Source: an uncultured Chroococcidiopsis sp.
GTDB taxonomy: Bacteria; Cyanobacteriota; Cyanobacteriia; Cyanobacteriales; Chroococcidiopsidaceae
NCBI GenBank assembly: GCA_964248365.1
Contig: CAXTYC010000013.1
Coordinates: 60,235 to 124,234 of the forward strand
Reading direction: 5' to 3'
DNA: 64,000 nt
The position numbers and the translations under genes were made by a program. How positions within the stretch are numbered: the first letter of the stretch is position 1; every line of letters starts with the position of its first letter. The notes under the pieces are model-generated. The model searched no databases. It saw only the letters and a program-made list of their open reading frames with translations, and was not told where the DNA came from. Of this stretch, positions 9,301 to 19,832 are shown piece after piece.

Positions 9301-10503
9301 ATGATTCGCGTTTATACCCAGCTAGAACAGGGACAACAGTGGTTGCAGCGGTATCGGGGTTGTTCTCCAATATTTGCCTGTGTGCTAGGATTTACGGCAA
9401 CTGGTTTAATTCCAGGGATTTCAGCAGCAGGTCGCACTCCGCAAGATCGACAATATACAGCGATCGCTGATGCTGAATTTTTGTACAATGGTTTTCAACC
9501 CCAGCCTAAGTATGCTTTACCTCCACTCCAAGCAGGAGCTTCCCCAGTATTAATTTCCCGTGCCGTTGTAGAGGCACTAGATATTCCTATATATCTATTC
9601 AACGCTGGTTTGCCTCAACCGCCAACTGTACCAGCAATTGATTTAGGTGGAACGCCAGCTAAATGTCTAAGTGGGGGAGAAGCTTTAGAACTAGCAACGG
9701 TGAAACATTTGCTAGAACAAGGATTATATTGGGGACAGCATCTAGCATCTAGCATCACTCAGGAATATGTAATTCTAGGCGAATGCGTTGTGGGGGGAAC
9801 CACAACAGCACTCGCAGTTTTAACTGGCTTAGGTATTGCCGCATCTGGTAAAGTCAATAGCAGTCATCCCGTTTGTAATCACGCTCAGAAGTGGGAACTA
9901 GTCCAAGCTGGATTGCGACGCGCAATTCTTGCCAAAGGGGCTTTTGAGCTGGGGAAGCTGGGGAAGCTAAATTTATCGCCTCTCGCCTCTCGCCTCTCAC
10001 CTCTCGCCTCTCAACGCCAGTTGTCTCAAGTCGGGAAACCCGCCCACGACACTGGCTCCCCCTCACCCCTTGCTTTGGTAGCAGCTGTAGGCGACCCGAT
10101 GCAAATCGCCTTAGCTGGGATGGCGATCGCACTTAGTCGCACTAAGGGAGTTATCCTTGCTGGTGGGACTCAAATGCTAGCCGTATATGCCCTGATGCAA
10201 GCTCTTGTGAGAGAATATGGCTTGACAATGCAACCCGAAGCCGTCGTAGTGGGAACAACCCGCTGGGTAGCAGAAGATCCCACAGGTAAAACGGTTGAAT
10301 TAGCCCAGATGGTTGGATCTGTGCCGCTATTGGCAAGTGATCTTAGTTTTGCTAACTCAAAGTATGCCCAACTGCGAGCTTATGAGCAGGGTTACGTTAA
10401 AGAAGGTATGGGAGCGGGAGGTTGTGCGATCGCCGCACATCTAACTGTTGGTTGGAACTCTTCCCAACTTCTCCAAGCCATAGAAACTTTACTAGATTGC
10501 TAA
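9301..10503 (+). CDS. cobT: nicotinate mononucleotide-dependent phosphoribosyltransferase CobT (TIGR00303 type)
   Basis: GECVVGGTTTA, VGDPMQ, LAGGTQM and YEQGYVKEGMGAGG motifs; repeat-derived in-frame insert at ~9948-10070. Confidence 0.88.
   Translation: MIRVYTQLEQGQQWLQRYRGCSPIFACVLGFTATGLIPGISAAGRTPQDRQYTAIADAEFLYNGFQPQPKYALPPLQAGASPVLISRAVVEALDIPIYLFNAGLPQPPTVPAIDLGGTPAKCLSGGEALELATVKHLLEQGLYWGQHLASSITQEYVILGECVVGGTTTALAVLTGLGIAASGKVNSSHPVCNHAQKWELVQAGLRRAILAKGAFELGKLGKLNLSPLASRLSPLASQRQLSQVGKPAHDTGSPSPLALVAAVGDPMQIALAGMAIALSRTKGVILAGGTQMLAVYALMQALVREYGLTMQPEAVVVGTTRWVAEDPTGKTVELAQMVGSVPLLASDLSFANSKYAQLRAYEQGYVKEGMGAGGCAIAAHLTVGWNSSQLLQAIETLLDC
10014..10058 (+). repeat. 45-nt structured small dispersed element, in frame within cobT
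   Basis: acgccagttgtctcaagtcgggaaacccgcccacgacactggctc; removing it restores heptamer run tcgcctc-tcacccc-tcacccc. Confidence 0.75.
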
Positions 10504-10552
10504 TGTAAAAGGCAATATTTCTAGCCTCTAGCCTCTAGCCTCTAGCGCCTAA

Positions 10553-10927
10553 CTAGTGGATTCTCCGCGCGAGTAACTGTTCTTCCAAAGCAGCTATACG
10601 ATTGTAAGCGGCGGTTAATTGTGCCGTTAGTCTTTGAATTTGAATTTCTGGCGCTAACTCTTTTTCACCAGTTTGAATATGGCTATCTAGTTCATTGCCA
10701 TCTACCAAAACATCTTTGTGTTCCATCATTGGTCTGGCAACGCCATTGCTTTGATTCGAGTAGCGCCCGTTAGCATTTATGCCTAAAGAATCTTTCGTTC
10801 CTGGGACAGGAGTTAGGCGACACTCCGACAAAGCATCAGACATCTTACCACTGAGTTGATCGACAACCTGGTAAAGCGCATCTACCTTATTACTTAAAAT
10901 ATTGACTTGCTTTTGTAATGGTTCCAT
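10553..10927 (-). CDS. conserved cyanobacterial coiled-coil hypothetical protein
   Basis: C-terminal PEIQIQRLTAQLTAAYNRIAALEEQLL motif. Confidence 0.8.
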   Translation of the reverse strand: MEPLQKQVNILSNKVDALYQVVDQLSGKMSDALSECRLTPVPGTKDSLGINANGRYSNQSNGVARPMMEHKDVLVDGNELDSHIQTGEKELAPEIQIQRLTAQLTAAYNRIAALEEQLLARRIH

Positions 10928-11311
10928 GTAATTTTCTCACGCCTGCTTTGCTTTCTTATATATGCTAGGCAACAAATCGGCAAAGTTTACCCTACTTATC
11001 AATGATTTAACTATTTAAAATATTGCTTTTAATGTAATACTTTTCTTCTAACTTCTAAATAAAATTAAATAGTATATATAAGTAGCTACTCGCAGCATTA
11101 TGTATATAACTTAATAAGATAGCTGATTTTAGGTAAAAACTAGCTATAACGGCAAAATATACCAGGTAGTGGGAAGGAGAAAAATGAAGATGGACAATGA
11201 ACTAATTAAGAAATTGTTGAGATAATAACTGTACTACTTTAGGAAGAGAATAAATTTTTGCTCCCAAGGTAGAGGAAGAAGAAGTAACTGACTGGTAGAT
11301 TGATTGTAAAA

Positions 11312-11950
11312 ATGCTTAATTTTCAAGATTTTTTTACTGCTTGCACCGGAATATGGACAACTGAAAGGATCTATCATTACGTGCAGTCAGGACAGGTAGA
11401 GCGGTCTTACACCGAATTTCGAGTAGGGGCGATCGCACCAGCTTCTAAGCAGGAGATTTTATCAATATCTAGTTTGAGCGGGGTAAAAGTAGATTTGGCT
11501 CAGATCGGTGACTTTGACGCAGCGTTACCAGGATTTGCGATCGCCTTTGATACGCGATCTGAAACTGGGGAAACTGTATCAATGAGTCTAAAAGCTTTAT
11601 TTGTCCCCAACCAGTACGTTGACTTGAATGAATCCTTGCCTGAAATACCGCCACCAGTAGCAGCACAAGTAGATCCATCTGGGGAAGTGATCAAAGGTTT
11701 TTATCTGCGGGATGAAGGTTATTCAGAAGCAGGAGCGATCTTAGGACGTTTCACCTATCAACCTATGAGGCAAACTTTGGAGATGACAACATACTATCGC
11801 CGAAGTGTTGCAGTAGATCAAATGCGCTTGGTTTCACCTCAGTTACGGCTACGTACAATTGTTACCTACCAACGTCCTGAAAATATGGCAGAACCACCCA
11901 GCGCAATCGATTTGGTTGGCTTTGGTGTTGAATACAGGCAACCAGGATGA
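11312..11950 (+). CDS. phycobiliprotein lyase, CpcS/CpeS family (CpcV-like)
   Basis: FQDFF...G.W..ER.YH N-terminus, LRDEGYSE and LRLRT motifs; ATG at 11312 preferred. Confidence 0.8.
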   Translation: MLNFQDFFTACTGIWTTERIYHYVQSGQVERSYTEFRVGAIAPASKQEILSISSLSGVKVDLAQIGDFDAALPGFAIAFDTRSETGETVSMSLKALFVPNQYVDLNESLPEIPPPVAAQVDPSGEVIKGFYLRDEGYSEAGAILGRFTYQPMRQTLEMTTYYRRSVAVDQMRLVSPQLRLRTIVTYQRPENMAEPPSAIDLVGFGVEYRQPG

Positions 11951-11995
11951 GAATTCGTAATTCGTAATTCGTAATTCGTAATTATTTTTACGTGG

Positions 11996-12060
11996 GTACG
12001 GGTGGGTTTATCAAACGAAGATCGTCAGCGAATAGATAACTTAGTTAAACCCGCCCCTAC
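11996..12060. repeat. REP-like palindrome gtacgggtgggttta...taaacccgcccctac
   Basis: Terminal inverted arms; related copies at 13975, 38702, 50752 and 53627. Confidence 0.75.
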
Positions 12061-12112
12061 CGCCCTTCGCCCCTACTTAAATGACTAATCTAACTGAATT
12101 TGATATAAAAAA

Positions 12113-13258
12113 ATGGATCGAAGGTCTTTTTTAATTGGTACAGGGACACTTGCACTAAGTCAGATATTAGCTGGATGTGGAAGACAAAACCAGACAGCGC
12201 TAAATGTTAAGTTTTTGAAAGGATCTGTTCCCAACCAAGTGGTAAAAGCTTTTCGTAGTCAGAACAAGCAAACTGGAAAATTAGACTTTGCTACCGTTGC
12301 ACAGTTAGAAGATTTATTTAAAGATTTGCAATCATGGCAGCACAAAAGCACAAAAACACAATCCGAGCGATCGCCTATTCCTGGGATAAGTTTGCAGCAG
12401 TCCACCAATCCGCCTGACATATTAACAATAGGCGATTATTGGTTAGCTCCGTCAATTGAACAAAAATTGATTCAACCACTAGACCCAACTCGTCTGCAAC
12501 AATGGTCAAATCTGCCCCAACGGTGGCAAGAACTAGTAACACGCAACGATCAAGGTGCGAGCGATCGTCTTGGAAAAGTTTGGGCAGCGCCTTACCGTTG
12601 GGGTTACACTATGATTGCCTACAACCGTGATAAATTTAAGTCCTTGGGCTGGCAACCAAAAGACTGGGGCGATTTGTGGCGAGAGGAATTGCGAGATCGC
12701 ATTTCTTTACCCAATCACCCGCGAGAAGTAATTGGTCTGACATTAAAAACATTGGGCAAATCGTACAATACCCAAAATCTTAGCCAAGTACCAGATCTCG
12801 AACAACAACTGCGCCGCCTCAACCAACAGGTAAAGTTCTACAGTTCAGATACTTACCTACAACCCCTGATCTTAGAAGATACCTGGTTAGCGGTAGGCTG
12901 GTCTAATGAGCTGCTACCAATAATACAACGTTATCGCCAATTTGACGGAGTAATTCCCACTTCTGGGACTGCACTATGGGCAGACTTGTGGGTGCTACCA
13001 GCTGGTACAGTTAGTCAACCATTATACCAAAATTGGATTGATTTTTGTTGGCAACCCCAAATTGCTCAGCAAATCACTCTTTTGAGCAAGGCTAACTCAC
13101 CAATTCCGGTTGAACTCAATCCGGCTAATATCCAAGCCGAATTACGCCATCTGCTCATTCCAAACGAACAAATCTTGCAACGTAGTGAATTTTTACTACC
13201 CCTTTCCCAGGAAACAACGCAGCAGTATCAGTCGCTGTGGCAAGAAATTAGGGGCTAG
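12113..13258 (+). CDS. polyamine (PotD-like) ABC transporter substrate-binding lipoprotein
   Basis: Tat signal MDRRSFL with lipobox LAGC; PYRWG and GTALWAD motifs. Confidence 0.85.
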   Translation: MDRRSFLIGTGTLALSQILAGCGRQNQTALNVKFLKGSVPNQVVKAFRSQNKQTGKLDFATVAQLEDLFKDLQSWQHKSTKTQSERSPIPGISLQQSTNPPDILTIGDYWLAPSIEQKLIQPLDPTRLQQWSNLPQRWQELVTRNDQGASDRLGKVWAAPYRWGYTMIAYNRDKFKSLGWQPKDWGDLWREELRDRISLPNHPREVIGLTLKTLGKSYNTQNLSQVPDLEQQLRRLNQQVKFYSSDTYLQPLILEDTWLAVGWSNELLPIIQRYRQFDGVIPTSGTALWADLWVLPAGTVSQPLYQNWIDFCWQPQIAQQITLLSKANSPIPVELNPANIQAELRHLLIPNEQILQRSEFLLPLSQETTQQYQSLWQEIRG

Positions 13259-13494
13259 GGGCTAGAAAAGTATTGAAGTGTGAAGGATGGAAGTGTGTTC
13301 GCGCGCGTTGCCGCAGGCTAGGATGAAGTATGAAATTTCAATCTTTATCTTTTATCCTTTATCCTTTTGCCTTTACCCTTTACCCTTTAATCCGCTACTG
13401 TGCCAGTTAAGCTGAAGACACTTCACAAAAGTATACAATTGGTTACAATCAGAAAAAGCCTGTCTTGTTCTCATCCTAGCTTTGCTGCCATCCC

Positions 13495-14616
13495 ATGCAA
13501 TTGAAACTGACTCCTTCAAGACTACCCTTTGCTTCTATCCTTTTGATTGCGCCCTTTTTCCTGTGGGGAACAGCAATGGTAGCAATGAAAGGTGTGATGC
13601 CGCATACTACGCCCTTATTCTTGGCAGGAGTACGTCTAATGCCAGCAGGAATATTAGTCTTAGGGGCTGGTGCTGCTATGGGTAGAACCCAGCCCAAAGG
13701 GTGGGCAGCATGGCTATGGATTAGCTTCTTTGCTTTGATAGATGGGACTTTGTTTCAAGGCTTTCTGGCAGAAGGGTTAGTCAGAACTGGGGCTGGTTTG
13801 GGTTCAGTGATGATTGATTCTCAACCTTTGGCTGTCGCCTTGCTTTCAAGTTGGTTGTTTGGAGAAACTATCGGTTTATGGGGCTGGTTAGGTTTATTGT
13901 TTGGGGTACTGGGCATTAGTCTGATTGGTTTACCCGAAGGGTTGATTTCCAATCTTTTCTCTAGTGCTACAAACGTATGGGCGGGTTTATCAGACATACT
14001 TGGGAGCAATCAGATAACTCATTTAAATCCGCCCCTACTACTGTACTCTCTATTTGATAGTGGAGAGTGGTTAATGCTGTTGGCGGCGCTGTCTATGGCG
14101 GTGGGAACGGTGACTATCCGGTTTGTTTGCCGTCATGCCGATCCTGTGACAGCAACGGGATGGCATATGATTTTAGGGGGATTGCCTTTGTTTGCGATCT
14201 CAGCTGGGGTAGAGTCTGGGCAGTGGGTAGACATCAATTTCTCTGGGTGGATGGCGATCGCATACGCAACAATATTCGGAAGTGCGATCGCCTACGGGTT
14301 ATTTTTCTACTTTGCCTCCAGTGGTAATCTTACTAGTCTTAGTTCACTGACTTTCCTCACGCCTGTATTTGCTCTTTTGTTTGGCAACCTTTTCCTCTCG
14401 GAAGTTCTCAGCCCAATTCAGTGGATAGGAGTTAGCCTCACTTTAGTTAGTATCTATTTGGTAAACCAGCGCGAAAACTTAGCAAAAGTCACAATGCGAA
14501 TTTTGGGCAAAGAAGAAATCAAGACACAACAAGACAACTCCTTAAAATTATCTGGCGAGTCCAATCAAGTGCCTGTTTCTATATCTGTGAAGGAACCGGA
14601 ATCAGAAATATCTTAA
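13495..14616 (+). CDS. DMT/EamA family transporter
   Basis: Two EamA repeats; PFFLWGTAMV; in-frame REP-like insert at 13975-14038. Confidence 0.9.
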   Translation: MQLKLTPSRLPFASILLIAPFFLWGTAMVAMKGVMPHTTPLFLAGVRLMPAGILVLGAGAAMGRTQPKGWAAWLWISFFALIDGTLFQGFLAEGLVRTGAGLGSVMIDSQPLAVALLSSWLFGETIGLWGWLGLLFGVLGISLIGLPEGLISNLFSSATNVWAGLSDILGSNQITHLNPPLLLYSLFDSGEWLMLLAALSMAVGTVTIRFVCRHADPVTATGWHMILGGLPLFAISAGVESGQWVDINFSGWMAIAYATIFGSAIAYGLFFYFASSGNLTSLSSLTFLTPVFALLFGNLFLSEVLSPIQWIGVSLTLVSIYLVNQRENLAKVTMRILGKEEIKTQQDNSLKLSGESNQVPVSISVKEPESEIS

Positions 14617-14643
14617 ACTAATAACATTTTCAGTCTTAATCCT

Positions 14644-15744
14644 TTGACCACAGCCAATTACCACTCACTCAAAATACTATTTGTCTCTACTCCTGTTGGA
14701 TCTCTAGGCACTGGACTAGGCGGCGGTGTTGAATTAAGTTTATATAACATTGCTCAAGAAATGCTGCGGCGGGGGCATACTCTACAAATCCTCGCCCCCC
14801 AAGGCTCAAAAATGGAGTCAATGCCGATAGTAGAAATTCCAGGCAACTTGCAAATTATTGCCCAAAGTCAGGAACGCTACGCACCTATTACCATGCCAGG
14901 AAATTCTGTTTTGGCGAATATGTGGGAATATGCGCGGCAGGTACAATTTGAATCCGACCTAATTGTTAATTTTGCTTACGATTGGTTGCCTTTTTACCTG
15001 ACACCTTTTTTCAGTTGTCCGATCGCCCATTTTATCAGTATGGGTTCTCTATATGAGGCGATGGATCAAATTGTGGCACAAGTCGCCCAGCAGTTTCCAG
15101 GTACGATCGCCTTTTACACCCAGTCCCAAGCGGCAACATTTCCCTTAGTAGGGGCGTTGGGTGTGCCTATATGTTTGGGTAGTGGCATAGATTTATCTGT
15201 GTATGAGTTTTGTGGGCAACCACAATCAAAGTTAGCGTGGCTTGGGCGCATCGCTAGAGAAAAAGGTTTAGAGGATGCAGTAGCAGCAGCGAAAATCACT
15301 AATATTCCGCTCAAAATCATGGGCAAAATTCAAGATCAGGAATATTGGCAGCAGATTCATAAAAGCTACCCAGATGCACCTGTGGAATATTTGGGATTTC
15401 TTTCAACTGCCAAAATGCAGCAAGAACTGCGTCAGTGTCGGGCAATGTTAATGACACCTCGTTGGGTGGAAGCATTTGGAAATGTGGCAATTGAAGCGCT
15501 TGCTTGTGGAGTACCAGTAATTTCCTATCGTCGCGGTGGTCCGGCTGAGATTATTGAAGATGGCAAGACGGGTTTTTTGGTCGAACCGGATAGTGTCAAT
15601 GGGCTAGTGGATGCGATCGCTCGTTTGGATGAAATTGATCGTCATACTTGCCGTCAACAAGCCGAAACTGAATTTTCATTAGAAGCGTTGGGCGATCGGT
15701 TTGAAAAGTGGTTTCGAGATATTTTAACCAGCAAAAGTGCTTAG
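14644..15744 (+). CDS. glycosyltransferase family 4
   Basis: GGGVE, LGRIAREKG and EAFGNVAIEALACGVPVI motifs; TTG start uncertain. Confidence 0.9.
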   Translation: MTTANYHSLKILFVSTPVGSLGTGLGGGVELSLYNIAQEMLRRGHTLQILAPQGSKMESMPIVEIPGNLQIIAQSQERYAPITMPGNSVLANMWEYARQVQFESDLIVNFAYDWLPFYLTPFFSCPIAHFISMGSLYEAMDQIVAQVAQQFPGTIAFYTQSQAATFPLVGALGVPICLGSGIDLSVYEFCGQPQSKLAWLGRIAREKGLEDAVAAAKITNIPLKIMGKIQDQEYWQQIHKSYPDAPVEYLGFLSTAKMQQELRQCRAMLMTPRWVEAFGNVAIEALACGVPVISYRRGGPAEIIEDGKTGFLVEPDSVNGLVDAIARLDEIDRHTCRQQAETEFSLEALGDRFEKWFRDILTSKSA

Positions 15745-15792
15745 GGTGTACTATATAATCCAAAATTATGCAAAAGATTTGTGAAATTTCTA

Positions 15793-15844
15793 GTTTGCCA
15801 CCCATGCCCACCATTATCAAATTTGGTGGGCATGGGTGGCAAAC
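15793..15844. repeat. perfect 21-bp inverted repeat (REP-like; possible terminator or mRNA stabiliser)
   Basis: gtttgccacccatgcccacca-N10-tggtgggcatgggtggcaaac, 48 nt after the GT4 stop; same arm recurs at ~58617. Confidence 0.8.
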
Positions 15845-16034
15845 CCCTTCATCTACTTAAGGAAGATGAATAATTTTAAAACAATGAATAAAATCAGGGC
15901 TAAAATTTATTTTAGTTGTCAGACTTGAAGAGGTTAGAGCAATTACTAGGCTCTCGAAAAGATTAATTTAAAAATTGAAAATATTAACATTCTTTAAACC
16001 AACCAATTGCTTTAAACAAGTTATTGAGATTGCT

Positions 16035-16048
16035 GTATCAAGAGCTAC
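16035..16048. promoter_or_regulatory. candidate NtcA box
   Basis: GTA-TCAAGAGC-TAC matches GTAN8TAC about 70 nt upstream of the permease; no -10 box at the canonical 22-nt spacing. Confidence 0.4.
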
Positions 16049-16117
16049 CAAATAGCCGATTTTATACATCCAAAAGACAAACACCACGCTCATCCCATAC
16101 TATCTGTTGGAGAACAA

Positions 16118-17557
16118 ATGGCTATCAGTCTTTTTCCTAAAAAATCAATAGACGGCTTGATGCAAGAAGCGTCATCCGAAGGTAGTGAAGGGCTGCACCG
16201 TGCGCTTGGGGCAAAAAATTTAACAGCCTTGGGCGTTGGAGCAATTATTGGTGCTGGTATTTTTGTCTTAACTGGACAAGCGGCGGCTAAGTATGCAGGA
16301 CCATCGATCGCTCTTTCATTTGTGCTGGCGGGACTTGGATGCACCTTTTCAGGGCTTTGCTACGCCGAGTTTGCCTCAATGATTCCCATCGCAGGTAGCG
16401 CGTACACCTATGCCTACACCACATTAGGCGAACTAATAGCATGGATTATTGGTTGGGATTTAATTCTAGAATACCTTTTTGGTGCTTCGACGGTGGCAGT
16501 CGGTTGGTCTGGTTATATTGTCAGCTTCTTCAAAGATTTGGGAATTAGAATTCCTCCCGCTCTTTCCACTGCACCCTTAAATCTCCCTGCGATATTTATT
16601 GTGGCGTTGATGACCACGCTTTTAGTTATAGGCATTCGTGAGTCAGCTAAGTTTAATAATATCATTGTATTGATTAAAGTTTGTGTAATTCTCCTGTTTA
16701 TTTTTTTTGGAATTGCTCATATCAACGTTCAAAATTTAACACCATTTATTCCTGAAAATACTGGAGAATTCGGACATTACGGCTGGAGTGGAATTTTAAG
16801 AGGTGCAGGAGTTATCTTTTTCGCCTACATTGGTTTTGATGCGGTTTCAACAGCTGCCCAAGAAGCACGTAATCCTCAAAAAGATATGCCGATCGCTATT
16901 TTGGGATCGCTGATAATTTCGACGGTGCTATATATTGCTGTAGCGTTAGTGCTGACAGGGATTGTACCTTATCAACAGCTAAATGTCCCCGATCCAATTG
17001 CTGTCGGAATCAATGCAGCTGGTGAAACATTGCGCTGGCTGCGACCATTGGTTAAAATTGGCGCGATCGCAGGTTTAAGTTCTGTTATTCTTGTCATGCT
17101 GATGGGGCAACCAAGGATTTTTTACTCGATGGCAAGAGATGGATTGTTACCGCCTCAATTTGCCGCCGTCCATCCCCGATTTAGAACGCCCTACATGACA
17201 ACAATTGTATCGGGAATAGCAGCTGCGATCTTCGCAGGTTTGTTTCCAATCAGTGTGCTTGGTGAATTAGTTTCAATCGGCACTTTACTAGCTTTTTTCA
17301 TTGTCTGTACTGCTGTACCAGTTTTGCGAAAAACCAGACCAGATCTACCTCGACCTTTTAAAACTCCACTCGTTCCCTTAGTACCAATTTTGGGCGCACT
17401 GGTATCTTTGGCGCAAATGGTTGCTCTACCCTTTGATACTTGGTTGCGGTTGATAGTATGGCTAGCGATCGGCTTATTGATATATTTCACCTATGGGCGC
17501 AAACATAGCCTAGTGCAATTGCAGGAACAACAACGTGAGTACCAGGAGCAAAAATAA
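16118..17557 (+). CDS. APC family amino acid permease
   Basis: [16 protein letters not shown] and FFAYIGFD motifs; many TM segments. Confidence 0.93.
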   Translation: MAISLFPKKSIDGLMQEASSEGSEGLHRALGAKNLTALGVGAIIGAGIFVLTGQAAAKYAGPSIALSFVLAGLGCTFSGLCYAEFASMIPIAGSAYTYAYTTLGELIAWIIGWDLILEYLFGASTVAVGWSGYIVSFFKDLGIRIPPALSTAPLNLPAIFIVALMTTLLVIGIRESAKFNNIIVLIKVCVILLFIFFGIAHINVQNLTPFIPENTGEFGHYGWSGILRGAGVIFFAYIGFDAVSTAAQEARNPQKDMPIAILGSLIISTVLYIAVALVLTGIVPYQQLNVPDPIAVGINAAGETLRWLRPLVKIGAIAGLSSVILVMLMGQPRIFYSMARDGLLPPQFAAVHPRFRTPYMTTIVSGIAAAIFAGLFPISVLGELVSIGTLLAFFIVCTAVPVLRKTRPDLPRPFKTPLVPLVPILGALVSLAQMVALPFDTWLRLIVWLAIGLLIYFTYGRKHSLVQLQEQQREYQEQK

Positions 17558-17559
17558 GC

Positions 17560-18579
17560 TTGTCATTTAAACAATGCCAGCCACCACCGCCCTTAAAACC
17601 TGGGGATTTGTTGCGGGTAATTGCCCCCAGCGGCGCTTTGCGAGAAACCGAAGCATTTGAACGGGGTGTAGAAATTTGGCGATCGCATGGTTACAATGTC
17701 GAAACCACAGATATTAATGACCGTTGGGGATATTTAGCAGGGAAAGACGAAAGCCGTCGCCAGCAATTACACAACGCTTGGAACGATCCAGAATGTCGCG
17801 GTATCCTCTGCGCTAGAGGTGGTTATGGTAGTGCCAGAATTTTAGAGGATTGGACGTGGGCAGAGGAGCAGAGGGGCAGAGGGGCAAGGGGCAGAGGAGA
17901 AACTACAATCCAAAATCCAAAATCTAAAATCCAAAATCCAAAATCCAAAATCCAAAATTTCCTAGCCCCTAGCCCCCAGCCCCCAGCCCCTCCCAAATGG
18001 TTGATTGGCTTTTCTGACATTACTTGCCTACTTTGGAGCCTTACCTCTGTGGGGATTTCGGGTGTTCACGCTCCTGTCTTGACAACACTCGCCTATGAGC
18101 CAGAATGGTCAATTCAGAGATTATTCGATTGGGTGAATGGTCGTTGTTTAGCCCCGCTTGAAGGTACACCTTGGGGGGGTGGTGTGGCGAATGGTATGCT
18201 GTTACCAGCTAATCTCACTGTTGCTACCCATCTACTTGGAACCCCAATTTTACCTGATTTAGATGGCGTTATTCTTGCTTGGGAAGATGTAACCGAGGCT
18301 CCGTATCGCATTGATAGATTATTGACTGGGTGGCGCTTGAGTGGGGCGTTGTCAAAAGTCCAAGGCATTGCTTTGGGGCGCTTTAGCCGCTGCGAGGCTC
18401 CGCCGAATATTCCTAGTTTGAAGATTGAGGAAGTGCTACGCGATCGCCTGGGAGATCTGAACATTCCCATTGTCTCTGATTTGCCATTCGGTCATGATGG
18501 TGCTAACGCCGCCTTACCCGTCGGTGTTTTAGCTTGTTTAAATGCTGACAAAGGCACATTAACAATTAGTAGTTGGTGA
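17560..18579 (+). CDS. LD-carboxypeptidase (peptidase S66)
   Basis: RGGYG, IGFSD, EDV.E and PFGH motifs; ~45-aa STRR-derived in-frame insert. Confidence 0.9.
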   Translation: MSFKQCQPPPPLKPGDLLRVIAPSGALRETEAFERGVEIWRSHGYNVETTDINDRWGYLAGKDESRRQQLHNAWNDPECRGILCARGGYGSARILEDWTWAEEQRGRGARGRGETTIQNPKSKIQNPKSKIQNFLAPSPQPPAPPKWLIGFSDITCLLWSLTSVGISGVHAPVLTTLAYEPEWSIQRLFDWVNGRCLAPLEGTPWGGGVANGMLLPANLTVATHLLGTPILPDLDGVILAWEDVTEAPYRIDRLLTGWRLSGALSKVQGIALGRFSRCEAPPNIPSLKIEEVLRDRLGDLNIPIVSDLPFGHDGANAALPVGVLACLNADKGTLTISSW

Positions 18580-18691
18580 AAGGGTAAGGGAAAAGGGAAA
18601 AGGTAATTCGTAATTTCTCCCTTGCCCCTGAAGCCCCCCATCTCCCCTTTGCTCCCCCTAGCCCCTAGCCCCTAGCCCCTAGCCCCTCGCT

Positions 18692-19702
18692 TTAATAACG
18701 AATTTCTATCCTACCATTTGGGGTAAATACTACTCGAAATCGCGCTACTGACTGCTGATTTGCTGCTTTGCTATTATATTGAGATTTTACCAGCTATGGT
18801 AAGGGTGTTAGGTTAGTATTATTAATAGCTGGTTGATTGACTGGGTGATAAAAAACAATCGAACCGTCAGTAGCGATCGCCACTATATAAATTAACTTTT
18901 GGGTTAAATTAGATTTTGTGTGCCAAGCCTGCTCAATTTTATTGTGGAGTTTCTCGGATAATGCTTGAATTTGACTACTATCAGTAATTTCTGTTGCTGC
19001 AAATAAAGGCAAATCTAACTGAGAAATGACACTAGCATACCTTCCATCTGTTTTTTTGTGGAAAATACATAAACTAAGGGCTTGAATCAATCCCAAAGGC
19101 ACAGCACCAAATATTTTTTGAATTAGGATTAGAGCAAATGGTGATATTTGCAAAATTCCATCTAGATTAACTTGCATCAAAGCAAGAAAAATGATGTTAG
19201 CCGTCAGCTTAGATACATAGACAGAAAATGGAGCAACAAAAAGCCACCACCTAGCAGCAAAAACATTTTGTCGTAGCAACAGCCACCCAGTTATTCCTAA
19301 CCAAATATAAAAAATACTGTTTAATACTCCGCCTATTTGATTGAACCAAGCAGAGGCAAAAACAGCAGAAATACTACAGCCTACACCCGTAGCAACAATC
19401 CACCACCAACTAGGTAGATATTTACGTAGGCTCAACCCCTGAAAGACTCCTAAACTAGCCCCTACAATTAGGTTATTTAAAAATATCAGAGTTGCACTAT
19501 GTCCGGCATACTGGAAGAATGGGGAATTGTTTAGATTGAGTAAAAATTCATTTATTGAGATTCCCACGACTAAGCCAATGCCTGTCATGAGCGTAAAAAG
19601 TATTAAGAACCTGCTTTGCTCTGAAAACGGTATTAAAAGGTATAAACTACGATTGACAGAATTTGTTGTGGGAGTATAGGAGCGATTTGGGTTGAGCTGC
19701 AT
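18692..19702 (-). pseudogene. membrane protein with DUF4335-C-terminal-like domain, interrupted by in-frame TAG at 18794-18796
   Basis: After TPLP* the same frame reads LVKSQYNSKAANQQSVARFRVVFTPNGRIEIRY*. Confidence 0.6.
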
Positions 19703-19832
19703 ATCAACTTAGTAACCAACTTTAGTAACCTGCAATCGAGGTGGGAATAAAGTTAATCAACAAAGGAAAAAAGAGTAATTCTAGAATGCTAAGCTAACAA
19801 ATGCATAAAAAAAAGTTAAGGTGAATAGTTTT

